A stretch of DNA of 64,000 nucleotides from positions 12,475 to 76,474 of the forward strand of contig CAWIAU010000003.1 of the NCBI GenBank assembly GCA_963834265.1, written 5' to 3'. The translations under genes and the position numbers were made by a program. The DNA is from an uncultured bacterium (GTDB taxonomy: Bacteria > Patescibacteriota > Saccharimonadia > Saccharimonadales > 2-12-FULL-41-12). Below, piece by piece: positions 54,187 to 63,506 of this stretch. The notes under the pieces were generated by a model. The model was not told the origin of the DNA, searched no databases, and worked only from the letters and a program-made list of their open reading frames with translations. Numbering within the stretch: position 1 is the first letter of the stretch; the number at the start of each line of letters is the position of its first letter.

Positions 54187-54263
54187 TGGTGCCCCGGGCT
54201 GGATTCGAACCAGCGACCTTAGGCTTAGAAGTCCTCTGCTCTATCCAGCTGAGCTACCAGGGC
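54187..54263 (-). tRNA. tRNA-Arg (anticodon UCU), CCA encoded, imperfect anticodon stem
   Basis: Hand fold: acceptor GCCCTGG/CCGGGGC and T arm GCTGG-TTCGAAT-CCAGC. The anticodon arm GAGGA-CTTCTAA-GCCTA has only 3 Watson-Crick pairs (G27.A43 and A31.G39 are mismatched). Confidence 0.75.
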
Positions 54264-54335
54264 GCACTATGTAAAATCTATGTTATTGTATCAGTTTTCC
54301 GTGATTGAGTAGACGAACTATCAGATATGAACTAT

Positions 54336-55223
54336 TTAAGTCTTAACGCAGCCGGAAGCGTAGACCTTAAGTTTTTCTTCGAATGCCGGAGAAACGGTCC
54401 CTGATTTTCGTGCCTCGATATCTTCTTTTACAAATTCATCATAAGCTACATTTTCCTGAATTTTATCGTAAATGCACGAGCAGACCGTTTCTGACAAATT
54501 TACTTTACAAGTATCAATAAAATTTGTTTCCACTGCAGCAGGATATGAATTTTTTGTACTTGAAGCTTGGGAGGATGAGTTTTTATTTCTATCTTTTTCA
54601 GCAGCTTTTTCAAAGCCGCTTATAAAGCTCAAAACAAATACTACCACAATAATAATTACTGTCAGATTCACGACAATGAAAGCCGGTCCGGAATACTTTT
54701 TATTCTGTTTTTTTGCTTTTTTGGTCAGTATATACAGACCGATAAGTGCAGCAAGGGATGCGAGTCCAAGGATTAAGCTAAACACATCATTCGCAATCAC
54801 TACGCTCAGAATAGTAGGTAGGATCAGGTTTGCTATATTCGCAATGAGTAATGGTAGTGCTGATCCGGCAGGAATCTGCTGTAGTGGTGGCTGAGTAATC
54901 TGGTTCTGAGGATAATTTTGCGGCTGAGTCTGAGGAGGAATCTGATCAGGATAATGATTCGCTAATGGCAAGACGGGTTGTGCCGGTGCTTGTGGCTGCA
55001 TGAATGGAGGCGGTGCCTGAGGCTGTGGTGGCAGTGCCTGCGGGAACACCTGAGGATTTTGTAGTTCCTGACCGGCTACCTGAGGCTGTGGCGCTGTAGC
55101 AGCTGGTTGTTGTGGTAGTGGTACAGCCATTTGTTGGGGTGTCTGTGTCTGTAGAGTAAATCCGCAGTTACCGCAAAATTGGGCACCCGGCACATTGGCA
55201 TGTGAGCAATTAGGACAGTTCAT
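54336..55223 (-). CDS. Zinc-ribbon / Pro-Gln-rich / TM protein with Cys-containing C-terminal domain
   Basis: It has an N-terminal CPNC...CGNCG ribbon, then about 110 aa of low-complexity P/Q, two TM helices and a C-terminal domain with 4 Cys. Confidence 0.5.
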   Translation of the reverse strand: MNCPNCSHANVPGAQFCGNCGFTLQTQTPQQMAVPLPQQPAATAPQPQVAGQELQNPQVFPQALPPQPQAPPPFMQPQAPAQPVLPLANHYPDQIPPQTQPQNYPQNQITQPPLQQIPAGSALPLLIANIANLILPTILSVVIANDVFSLILGLASLAALIGLYILTKKAKKQNKKYSGPAFIVVNLTVIIIVVVFVLSFISGFEKAAEKDRNKNSSSQASSTKNSYPAAVETNFIDTCKVNLSETVCSCIYDKIQENVAYDEFVKEDIEARKSGTVSPAFEEKLKVYASGCVKT

Positions 55224-55269
55224 ATATTATCCCTAGATTAGGGGTATTCGGATCAAATGTCAAAGCCGT

Positions 55270-56049
55270 TTATGCTTTTTGACCGCAGTGATTGCAGTAT
55301 AAGTTCTTGTCAGGATTTGGTTGTCCGCAGTTCCGACAGAATTTATTGACGCCAATCGCGCTTATACCAAGTTTTTCGTCGCTTGCCCGGGCTTTTTTGA
55401 ACAATACAAATACCGTTGCGTTAACTGCGATTGCCATTGCCAGTACGAGTAAGGCCGTGATAGCAGTTCCGGTAAAAGCAAAAAAGTCGTACAGACCATG
55501 TGCCAGAATTGCGCTCAGGAATAAGACAACAGGGACCAGTAAGGTTGTTTTCTGAACTTTATATCTGGCAAGTCCCCATCCGGCCAGTGCACTGAAGCCT
55601 GCATGGAGAAAAGGGGCCAGTATTAAGCGTAAAATTCCGACTTTGGGACCAAAAGCGACAGTATACCCGATACTCTCAATTGCGCCAAACCACATACCGC
55701 ATAAGCCGAAGTACACGATACCATCAGTCGTTTCATTAAAATACGGCTTTCGATAGATCAGAAATGCCAGAGGTATAAACTTAAGACTTTCTTCAATAAT
55801 ACCTACCATAAGTGCACTGGTAAACAAGACTGTTGCTTCTGGTTTACCGAATCCGGTATCGAGATAGTACAGAAGAGATTCCGGCAGGAAATGTTCGTTC
55901 AGCGTGCCGGCAAAAATTGTTGCGACAACGCCCATTGCGCAAGCCAGACGCAAAGCATTTATGGGTTCTTTTGCCCCCCGGTCGTTTGAGACGAAATAGC
56001 GGTACAGCCAGTATGCTAATCCCAGATATGCGATTACAAAAAAATTCAT
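55270..56049 (-). CDS. prsW: PrsW-family intramembrane protease with C-terminal zinc ribbon
   Basis: It has the IIEESLKF (EExxK) and HGLYDF (HxxxD) motifs in a polytopic protein, and a C-terminal CRNCG...CNHCG. Confidence 0.6.
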   Translation of the reverse strand: MNFFVIAYLGLAYWLYRYFVSNDRGAKEPINALRLACAMGVVATIFAGTLNEHFLPESLLYYLDTGFGKPEATVLFTSALMVGIIEESLKFIPLAFLIYRKPYFNETTDGIVYFGLCGMWFGAIESIGYTVAFGPKVGILRLILAPFLHAGFSALAGWGLARYKVQKTTLLVPVVLFLSAILAHGLYDFFAFTGTAITALLVLAMAIAVNATVFVLFKKARASDEKLGISAIGVNKFCRNCGQPNPDKNLYCNHCGQKA

Positions 56050-56129
56050 TTGGTGATTTTGTTGACTTTCTAAGAGCTAGGGATGCTGTTATGTATGAAC
56101 TGCAGCAATTATATCACTCAGAATATGTC

Positions 56130-56918
56130 TTATGCTAAACCCAGAAAATCCAGAATATCATCGCCGATAAATGCATTAGATGTAACTGTCAGACGCTGTA
56201 GATTTATAGACTCAATGTCATCCGGACTTACGTATACTGAGCCTCCGGCCTGCTCAACTATGAATTTGGGTGCTTCCAGATCCCAAAGCGCAGAAGGAAC
56301 TTCGACATAGCCGTCAGCCGCACCTTCGGCTACCAGCATATACCCCAGAAAGTCTCCCGGACAACGATGTCTGTACGCATACCGCATCAGCTCGAATACC
56401 TTCAATGGATCCAGGCCGACATGCTCCATACTATTGAAACTGCCGTGAAGCATAAATGAGTCAGTTAATTTTTCGACAGAGGAAACCTTAATTGCGCGGG
56501 TTTTACCACCCACATCCCGGGTAAAAGCTCCCTGACCTTTGACGGCCCACCACCGTCGACCTAGTGCGGGAGCAGATACGCTGGCGACAATTACTTCATT
56601 GCCATCTTTTAGTGATATCAGACTTCCCCAGACAGGATAGCCGCGAAGAAAGTTTTTTGTCCCGTCGATCGGATCAATAAGCCACCGTCTCGTACTTTTG
56701 CCGCTATTTACACCCTCTTCGCCAATATAACTGTCTTTATATTCGTCGGTAACAATTGCGCTCAAGGTTTTTTCTATTTCTAAATCAGCCTGAGTAACCG
56801 GCGAGTTATCCGGCTTGGTTTTGATGTTGAGATCACGCGACAGATAATAGCGCATGCCAATCTCATCGGCCTTATCAGCCAAACAGAAAGCTTTATTCAG
56901 ATCGTCAGTATGATTCAT
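56130..56918 (-). CDS. Inositol monophosphatase-family phosphatase (IMPase/HisN-like)
   Basis: It has the EE...WLIDPIDGTKNF and WD motifs. Confidence 0.8.
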   Translation of the reverse strand: MNHTDDLNKAFCLADKADEIGMRYYLSRDLNIKTKPDNSPVTQADLEIEKTLSAIVTDEYKDSYIGEEGVNSGKSTRRWLIDPIDGTKNFLRGYPVWGSLISLKDGNEVIVASVSAPALGRRWWAVKGQGAFTRDVGGKTRAIKVSSVEKLTDSFMLHGSFNSMEHVGLDPLKVFELMRYAYRHRCPGDFLGYMLVAEGAADGYVEVPSALWDLEAPKFIVEQAGGSVYVSPDDIESINLQRLTVTSNAFIGDDILDFLGLA

Positions 56919-56929
56919 AAAAATCTATG

Positions 56930-57004
56930 TGGTGCGGGATGGGGTAATCGAAACCCCATCTCAAGTTTGGAAAACTTGCATACTAGCCGTTGTACGAATC
57001 CCGC
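56930..57004 (-). tRNA. tRNA-Gly (anticodon UCC), CCA encoded
   Basis: Hand fold: acceptor GCGGGAT/ATCCCGC, anticodon arm CAAGT-TTTCCAA-ACTTG, T arm GGGGT-TTCGATT-ACCCC. Confidence 0.9.
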
Positions 57005-57028
57005 GCGTAAGTAACAGGGGTTATTTTA

Positions 57029-58549
57029 TCATATATCGTGGAGTATAGTGATTTTGGCACCCAGACTGTTCAGGCGCTCGGCGAGATATTCATAGCCGCG
57101 GTTGATAGAGTAAACATTTCGTAGCATGGAGGTACCATTAGCTGCCAGCATACCGATAAGCAGTAAGACTGCCGGTCGAAGCGCAGGCGGACAGACGATA
57201 TCAGCTACATGCCATTTGGTCGGGCCGTCAATATAGGCACGGTGCGAATCAGCCAGCGTTACATTCACGCCAAGTTTGCGCATCTCAGTATAATAAATGG
57301 CTCGTTCTTCATAGACCCAGTCGTGGATGAGGGTGCGACCTTTTGCTACGGCCGATATAGGCACAAACAACGGCAGATTGTCGATATTCAAACCGGGATA
57401 AGGACGGGCATAAATTTTCTCTTCCAGTGCTATTAGTGCCCCATTATGTTTAAGTACTGTAATGTCTGCCAGGTCGCTTGCGCCGTTGGCGGCTTTGTAA
57501 TATTTGCTGATCTTAAGTTTCAGACCCATTTTTCTGAGCTTGAGTAGCTCCAGTTCCAGAAAGTCAATTGGGGCACGGGTAACAGTTATGGATGAATTCG
57601 TAGCAACGGCTGCGGCAACAAAGGTCATGGCTTCGATAGGATCTTCACTGGGATAGTAGGTAATATTTTTTTTAATTTCTTTGACGCCTCGTATTTTGAG
57701 CGTACTTGTTCCGATGCCATCGATTTTGACACCCAGCTTCTTCAGAAAATAGCAAAGATCCTGAACCATATAATTCGCACTGGCCATTTTGATGATAACT
57801 TCTTTTTCCTGCAGAGCAGCAGCCATAATCACATTTTCAGTTGTGGTGTCGCCCGACTCATACATAACGATATAATCCGGCTGTTTGGGAGTCACTTTGA
57901 CGTTATAAAATCCACTTTTTGTGTCGACATTCACACCAAATTCTTCCAGCGCAAATAAGTGCGGCTGGACTGTGCGGGTGCCGAGTTTACAACCGCCGGC
58001 ATAAGGAATTTTGAATTCACTGAGCATATGCATCAATGGTCCCAGCAGCATAATTACACTTCTGGTTTTGCGGGCCGAGATCTTATCCATTTTTTCCAGC
58101 TCGAGTTTCTCGGGCGGGCGAATTTCCAGATCATTGCCGGCCATCCACCGTACCTTAACGCCAATACTTACCAGGACCTCAATCAGGCGGTTGACTTCCT
58201 CGACGCGCGGCATGCGTTTGAGCCGTGTTGTGCCTTTATTGAGCAATGCCGCAAATAGCAGACAGACTGCAGCATTCTTGGAAACCTTTGTTTCGATAGT
58301 GCCGGATAATTCGTAACCACCTTCTATCTGGAGATTTACTGCTCCGCCGCCCAAAGATATAATCTGCTTATTCAGTACATCACTAATCCGTCCTACCGTA
58401 TCAAGACTCAGATTCTGCCGGCCTTTCTCGATGCGGTTTACAGCCGACTGGCTGGTTCCGAGTCGACGAGCAAACTCAGCTTGAGTTAGTCCGCGTTCCT
58501 GTCTGATCTGATAAATAAGATGACCAATTTTTTCGTTTGTTGTCTGCAT
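57029..58549 (-). CDS. murA: XRE-type HTH domain fused to UDP-N-acetylglucosamine 1-carboxyvinyltransferase (MurA)
   Basis: Residues 1-65 form a Cro/C1-type HTH (LTQAEFARRLGTSQSAVNRIEKGRQN). The remaining 440 or so aa are collinear with MurA, including the active-site loop GGCKLGTRTVQPH. Confidence 0.85.
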   Translation of the reverse strand: MQTTNEKIGHLIYQIRQERGLTQAEFARRLGTSQSAVNRIEKGRQNLSLDTVGRISDVLNKQIISLGGGAVNLQIEGGYELSGTIETKVSKNAAVCLLFAALLNKGTTRLKRMPRVEEVNRLIEVLVSIGVKVRWMAGNDLEIRPPEKLELEKMDKISARKTRSVIMLLGPLMHMLSEFKIPYAGGCKLGTRTVQPHLFALEEFGVNVDTKSGFYNVKVTPKQPDYIVMYESGDTTTENVIMAAALQEKEVIIKMASANYMVQDLCYFLKKLGVKIDGIGTSTLKIRGVKEIKKNITYYPSEDPIEAMTFVAAAVATNSSITVTRAPIDFLELELLKLRKMGLKLKISKYYKAANGASDLADITVLKHNGALIALEEKIYARPYPGLNIDNLPLFVPISAVAKGRTLIHDWVYEERAIYYTEMRKLGVNVTLADSHRAYIDGPTKWHVADIVCPPALRPAVLLLIGMLAANGTSMLRNVYSINRGYEYLAERLNSLGAKITILHDI

Positions 58550-58649
58550 TTGTTTAAATATTTATACCATATGTGGTATTTGATGACAAGAATTTTTTTA
58601 TCTTATCAGGCCGGGTTACAATAAGATGTAACTGCTAAGAGGAGAAAAA

Positions 58650-59927
58650 ATGAGCGATGATATTATTGCCGGATTAATTATTGCCGAAGAAAAACGCCAG
58701 CGCGAGGGCCTGGAGCTTATACCAAGTGAAAACTATGTCAGTCGGGATGTACTGACAGCTGCCGGTAGTGTATTTACTAACAAATACTCAGAAGGATATC
58801 CGGGAAAGCGTTATTATGGTGGTCAGGAAAACACTGACAAAGTTGAACAACTGGCTATAGACCGGGCTAAGCAGCTATTCAAAGCCGACCACGCTAATGT
58901 GCAACCACATGCCGGGGCCCCGGCTAACGAAGCCGTCTATAGCGCCTGGCTGGAACCGGGCGATACTATTCTGGCTATGGACCTGAGCCACGGCGGACAC
59001 TTAACGCACGGTGCACCAGTTACCCGTTCGGCAAAGCTCTACAATTACATCCGTTATAAAATGAAAGACATCACGACAGGAGAAATTGATTATGAAGAGC
59101 TGCGCCAACTGGCTTTGAAGCATAAACCAAAGTTAATCATTGCCGGCTTTAGCGCCTATCCGCGTGAGCTGGATTATCAAAAATTTGCTGCGATTGGCAA
59201 CGAAGTCGGAGCTCTTTTAATGGCAGATATGGCGCACATCGCCGGGCTGATCGTAGCTGGTGTTGCTAAGAATCCGTTTGATTACGGATTTCATGTAATT
59301 ACCAGCACGACACATAAGACATTGAGAGGCCCCCGCGGTGGTTTGATCCTTAGCAAGGGGAGTGTCAGCACTCCGCTAAAAGCTCCGGAAAAAACTCTGG
59401 AAAATATACCGACACTGATTGACCGCTCAGTTTTTCCTGGTATGCAAGGTGGCCCTTTAATGCATATCATTGCTGCCAAAGCTATTGCTTTTGGTGAAGC
59501 TCTTAAACCGGAATTCAAAACGTATGCAGAGCAGACCGTCAAAAATGCAAGCGTATTGGCAGACGCCATGCTTGCCCGCAACTTCTCACTCGTTACAGGG
59601 GGGACAAGCAATCACTTAATCCTGGCTGATATGTACAAAAGCTTTGAAATTGACGGCAAAATCGTCGAAGAAGTTTTAGATAGAATCGGCCTGACACTCA
59701 ACAAAAATTCTGTACCCGATGATGTTCTGCCAATGTTTCGTCCCAGTGGTATACGTTTGGGCACGCCTGCCATTACTACCCGGGGCATGAAAGAGAAAGA
59801 CATGGAACTTGTGGCTGAATGGATGTATCAGGCCATTCAAAACAGGGATAATGAAAAAAAGCTTAATCAATTGCATAGCGAAGTAAAAGAATTCGCTCTG
59901 GGATTTCCTTTGCCCAGTGATGCATAA
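58650..59927 (+). CDS. glyA: Serine hydroxymethyltransferase
   Basis: It has the PLP site TSTTHKTLRGPRGG. The match is full-length. Confidence 0.95.
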   Translation: MSDDIIAGLIIAEEKRQREGLELIPSENYVSRDVLTAAGSVFTNKYSEGYPGKRYYGGQENTDKVEQLAIDRAKQLFKADHANVQPHAGAPANEAVYSAWLEPGDTILAMDLSHGGHLTHGAPVTRSAKLYNYIRYKMKDITTGEIDYEELRQLALKHKPKLIIAGFSAYPRELDYQKFAAIGNEVGALLMADMAHIAGLIVAGVAKNPFDYGFHVITSTTHKTLRGPRGGLILSKGSVSTPLKAPEKTLENIPTLIDRSVFPGMQGGPLMHIIAAKAIAFGEALKPEFKTYAEQTVKNASVLADAMLARNFSLVTGGTSNHLILADMYKSFEIDGKIVEEVLDRIGLTLNKNSVPDDVLPMFRPSGIRLGTPAITTRGMKEKDMELVAEWMYQAIQNRDNEKKLNQLHSEVKEFALGFPLPSDA

Positions 59928-59947
59928 ATCATGATAAGATTAAGAAC

Positions 59948-60313
59948 ATGAAAAAAGTACTTATTGTAGACGATGACGGACTTGCACGTGGTGCACTGAA
60001 GCGTGCTCTTCAGGAAGCCGGTTACGAAACAGCAGAGGCTGCAGATGGTAAACAGGGACTGGAATTATGCGAAAGCGAAAAACCGGATATCGTAATTGCA
60101 GATCGCAAAATGCCGGTAATGGATGGCCAGGAAATGGTTCGGGCAATTCGATCTGCTGACTGGGGCAGGACACTACCCATTATCATGTTAAGCGCGGATG
60201 AGCATCCCTCGGCTTTGAATGAGGCACTTGAAGCCAAAGTAACGGTCTATTTATCCAAGGGCAGTGCAACTCTCGATGATGTGGTTGCTGCCATCAAACA
60301 AAAAGTAGGTTAG
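59948..60313 (+). CDS. Stand-alone response-regulator receiver domain (CheY-like)
   Basis: It has the DD pair (VDDDG), the phospho-acceptor context IVIADRKMPVMDG and a conserved K (LSKG). No kinase gene is nearby. Confidence 0.8.
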   Translation: MKKVLIVDDDGLARGALKRALQEAGYETAEAADGKQGLELCESEKPDIVIADRKMPVMDGQEMVRAIRSADWGRTLPIIMLSADEHPSALNEALEAKVTVYLSKGSATLDDVVAAIKQKVG

Positions 60314-61341
60314 TCATACTTAATTAATTCAGGTTCCTGCTCGAGCGTAATACCAAATTTTTTCTGAACGGCTTCAATAATCGCATCACGAAAAGCTAAC
60401 AAAGCTGCAGTGTTAGGAGCGTTTTCATTGACGAATACCAAAGCTTGCTTATCCCATATAGCCATTCCGGTAGTTGGCTCATGGTATCCTTTGAGCCCCA
60501 GCTTTTCTAACAGCCAGCCCGCTGATACCTTAGCCTTGCCCTCAGCAGTTGGCCAGTAAGCAATAGTAGGGTACTGACCTCGCAGATCATCAAGCTGCTC
60601 CATGGGGATAACCGGATTATGAAAAAATGATCCGCAGTTCGCGACCACAGCGGGGTCGGGTAGTTTTGCATTTCTGATAGCAATTACCGCTTCACGGATA
60701 TCCGCAGAGCCTGGTCGCTTGATTTCATGTTCGCGCAAATAGCTTTCTACTGCGGCATAATAAGGTGGAAAAGGAGGCGTTCTGGTAAGTGCCAAAGTAA
60801 CTGATGTGATGAGAAACCGGCCCTTATCAGTTGTTTTAAAACGACTGCTCCGATAGGAAAATCCGCATTCACTCTGAGGCAGAATGATCATTTTTTTATC
60901 CTTTAGATCATAGGCTTGTACGCAGACCAGAACTTCGGCAATTTCGCGTCCGTATGCTCCTACATTCTGTACGGGAGTGGCCCCGGTACTGCCGGGAATC
61001 AATGACAATTGCTCGATACCTGACAGTCCTTCGGCTACTGTACGGTCCACAACGCTATCCCATGGTTCGCCGGCACCAACAGTCACGAACACCTGAGTAG
61101 TCTGGTCCTGTAGTTCATAGCCGTTTATTCTGTTGACCATTACAAGTCCGGCATAACCCTCATCCGGCCATATAATATTGCTGCCTCCTCCAATCATGAC
61201 TGCTGGAAGATTTCGTTCCGTGGCCCATGCTACCGCGGGCTCTACTTCCGGTGCCGAATGTATCTCGATCAGATAACGGGCCGGACCGCCCAGGCGCATA
61301 GTGGAATAATTACTTAAGAGAACATTTTCAAGCGGCGTCAT
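60310..61341 (-). CDS. murB: UDP-N-acetylenolpyruvoylglucosamine reductase MurB
   Basis: It has an FAD-binding domain (MRLGGPARYL; GGGSNI), and the C-terminal MurB domain has the GCGFSYRSS and AGWLLE motifs. Confidence 0.9.
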   Translation of the reverse strand: MTPLENVLLSNYSTMRLGGPARYLIEIHSAPEVEPAVAWATERNLPAVMIGGGSNIIWPDEGYAGLVMVNRINGYELQDQTTQVFVTVGAGEPWDSVVDRTVAEGLSGIEQLSLIPGSTGATPVQNVGAYGREIAEVLVCVQAYDLKDKKMIILPQSECGFSYRSSRFKTTDKGRFLITSVTLALTRTPPFPPYYAAVESYLREHEIKRPGSADIREAVIAIRNAKLPDPAVVANCGSFFHNPVIPMEQLDDLRGQYPTIAYWPTAEGKAKVSAGWLLEKLGLKGYHEPTTGMAIWDKQALVFVNENAPNTAALLAFRDAIIEAVQKKFGITLEQEPELIKYD

Positions 61342-61601
61342 ACGTACTTAATAGTACCAGCTTCTTAAGCGGAATGATTCAATATAGTTAGTGCCCGTAC
61401 TTGCAAAATATATGCATCGGCGTACCATAAATATATGAGAGAGCGTAGAACTCGTTTCAAATCCTTATCCGTTCTGCAAATAGAATTGCCGACAAGCTTC
61501 TCATTTTATACTTCGCAAAGTAGCAATAGCTACTTTTTGTCGCAACAAAATGATAATTTTGCACGCATATTACTTTTTTCAAAATTCGGAAAGGATTTGA
61601 A

Positions 61602-62138
61602 ATGAGTTCTAAATTCGAACCATTTGAGGCACTGGGAGCACGACTCAGATTTCTGCGTGAGCAATGGCAACAAAGTCTGAGTGAAGTTTCGCAGACGCTT
61701 GAAATCGACGAACGTACTCTTCAAGCTATTGAAGCCGGCAAGGCAATGCCGGCAGAGGAAATACTGGACTTACTGATTAGTCATTTTTTGTTAACGGAAG
61801 ATCAGGCCGAAGATTTGCGTGAGCTCGCAGAGCTGAATCGTATACAAGCCAGCGGTTCTTTGTCGGGTGGGCTTGATGATTTGCTGGCCAAACAAATAGT
61901 TATGTTTCTGCCGGTTGACAGCAGAGTTGTCTATACGGATAGTGTGCAGGCAACTGTCAATAATAACGGGGTAGTTCTGCGTTTTCTCCAGTCTTCTCCC
62001 AATGCTCAACAGGTTCCTGTCAGTCAGGTGGGTATGAGTCGTGATCATGCCGAACGTTTGCTGGAAGTTCTGCGCGCCACTCTTGATCAGCACGATCGTT
62101 CCGGCGAACAAAAACTTTTGCCTGCTCCAAAAGAATAG
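61602..62138 (+). CDS. XRE-like HTH protein with unknown C-terminal domain
   Basis: It has an N-terminal HTH (SLSEVSQTLEIDERTLQAIEAG). Confidence 0.45.
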   Translation: MSSKFEPFEALGARLRFLREQWQQSLSEVSQTLEIDERTLQAIEAGKAMPAEEILDLLISHFLLTEDQAEDLRELAELNRIQASGSLSGGLDDLLAKQIVMFLPVDSRVVYTDSVQATVNNNGVVLRFLQSSPNAQQVPVSQVGMSRDHAERLLEVLRATLDQHDRSGEQKLLPAPKE

Positions 62139-62158
62139 TTAAGTCACTACCTGCGTTT

Positions 62159-62620
62159 TTAGGGTTTCCACCCTATTCTGGTATTGTGTGGAAAATTCTG
62201 CTCATCGAATAACACGAACATGCCAGGCGTAAGTTTATATAGTCTGTGCTCTGTTTTGAGGTTTATAAAGTTTTCAGTCCATTGTTCATCACGATCGAAT
62301 TTTTTTGCATATTTTTGAACTATAGGTTTAAATTTTGTGGGCGAATCTATCATTACTGCTTTGCCCTCAACTTGAATACCTATAACTTCTTCGCCTTTTA
62401 CATGTTTGACCGGAACCGCAGCGGCAACTTCACTATGTACCGCAATTTCCTGGCTATGGCGACGGGACGGCAAACTGGCCCAATAAAGATTTAACTCTTC
62501 ATCGGCCACAAAGTAAACCGTACATACCCATGGCTGTCCATTACTTAGCGTTGCCACCTGCATCATATGTTTTTCGTCCAAATACGATCGTATAAAACCC
62601 TCAACATTCATATCTACCAA
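62159..62620 (-). CDS. Pyridoxamine 5'-phosphate oxidase-like FMN-binding split-barrel protein
   Basis: 153 aa with a pattern typical of the PNPOx-like/general stress protein 26 family (MQVATLSNGQPWVCTVYF). Confidence 0.55.
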   Translation of the reverse strand: MVDMNVEGFIRSYLDEKHMMQVATLSNGQPWVCTVYFVADEELNLYWASLPSRRHSQEIAVHSEVAAAVPVKHVKGEEVIGIQVEGKAVMIDSPTKFKPIVQKYAKKFDRDEQWTENFINLKTEHRLYKLTPGMFVLFDEQNFPHNTRIGWKP

Positions 62621-62633
62621 CTATACCAAATTA

Positions 62634-62710
62634 TGGTACCCGCGGACGGATTCGAACCGCCGACCCTCTGTTCCGAAGACAGATGCTCTAATCCGCTGAG
62701 CTACGCGGGC
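62634..62710 (-). tRNA. tRNA-Arg (anticodon UCG), CCA encoded
   Basis: Hand fold: acceptor GCCCGCG/CGCGGGT, anticodon arm TCTGT-CTTCGGA-ACAGA, T arm GGCGG-TTCGAAT-CCGTC. Confidence 0.9.
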
Positions 62711-62744
62711 GCAACCCTATCTTATCAGAGCGGGCTAAAGCCTG

Positions 62745-63506
62745 CTATTTTACTTTCTTTTTGCGTCCGCCTTTTTGCCACTTTACGGAATTCAGGAAAG
62801 GTGCGAATATATCTTCGTTTTTATCCTGTATATAGAATGATTCAAGTTCTTCAGAACTCGGATTGCGGTTCTGAAAAGTTACAAAAGGTAGATCTTTTAT
62901 CACTACAATTGGTGTCTGTTCATCGCCTTCGCCCATCACCATACAGGATGTCGCAGCCATGCCACCGGCAATATTGGAGCGGCTGACTTGTAACGGCCGT
63001 CCGAATAAATCCGGCTTGCCCCGATAATCATTCAGAGCCCGGAAGCCGCTATGGCCAATGACGATACCGTGGGTGCCGTAGCGTAGCGGGGAACAAGTGC
63101 TATCCGTAATTATGACTCCGACTTTCTTCAGCTTGAAACGCTTTCTCAAATAAGCGCGAATTTCGTTGGCTGATTTCTGAGAATCTGCCGGCCACAGCAC
63201 ATAACTGCCATCGGCATTTGACTCATCAACCCCTGCGCTGGCTATAAGCGTGCTATCAGTGATCGTGAAAGTATGGCCATAATTGCTGATATGGGCAGGC
63301 AGGTAATAGTCAGCTTCCTGTTTGATCAGGTCCTCCCTGTTTACAGAATCGATCGGCACCACTCGTCCTTCGCACATTGCTACGACTTTAGAACTGATTG
63401 CTACAACGCTGCTTTCCGGTAGTTCTGACAGAGACTCGTCGAGCAGTTCATATATAGTAAGTTCATTTGCCGTTACTTTTTGGGTTTTTATGGCGGTGGT
63501 TATCAT
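62745..63506 (-). CDS. CofE-like (F420-0:gamma-glutamyl ligase family) protein
   Basis: It has IAISSKVVAMCEGRVV and GVIITDS motifs typical of the F420_ligase fold. The actual substrate is unknown. Confidence 0.5.
   Translation of the reverse strand: MITTAIKTQKVTANELTIYELLDESLSELPESSVVAISSKVVAMCEGRVVPIDSVNREDLIKQEADYYLPAHISNYGHTFTITDSTLIASAGVDESNADGSYVLWPADSQKSANEIRAYLRKRFKLKKVGVIITDSTCSPLRYGTHGIVIGHSGFRALNDYRGKPDLFGRPLQVSRSNIAGGMAATSCMVMGEGDEQTPIVVIKDLPFVTFQNRNPSSEELESFYIQDKNEDIFAPFLNSVKWQKGGRKKKVK

Noticed and set aside
52757-54308. ORFs overlapping tRNA-His (52757-52945) and tRNA-Arg (53988-54308); likewise 62567-62986 over tRNA-Arg(UCG)
   Set aside because: These reading frames run through well-folded tRNA genes and are artefacts of ORF calling.
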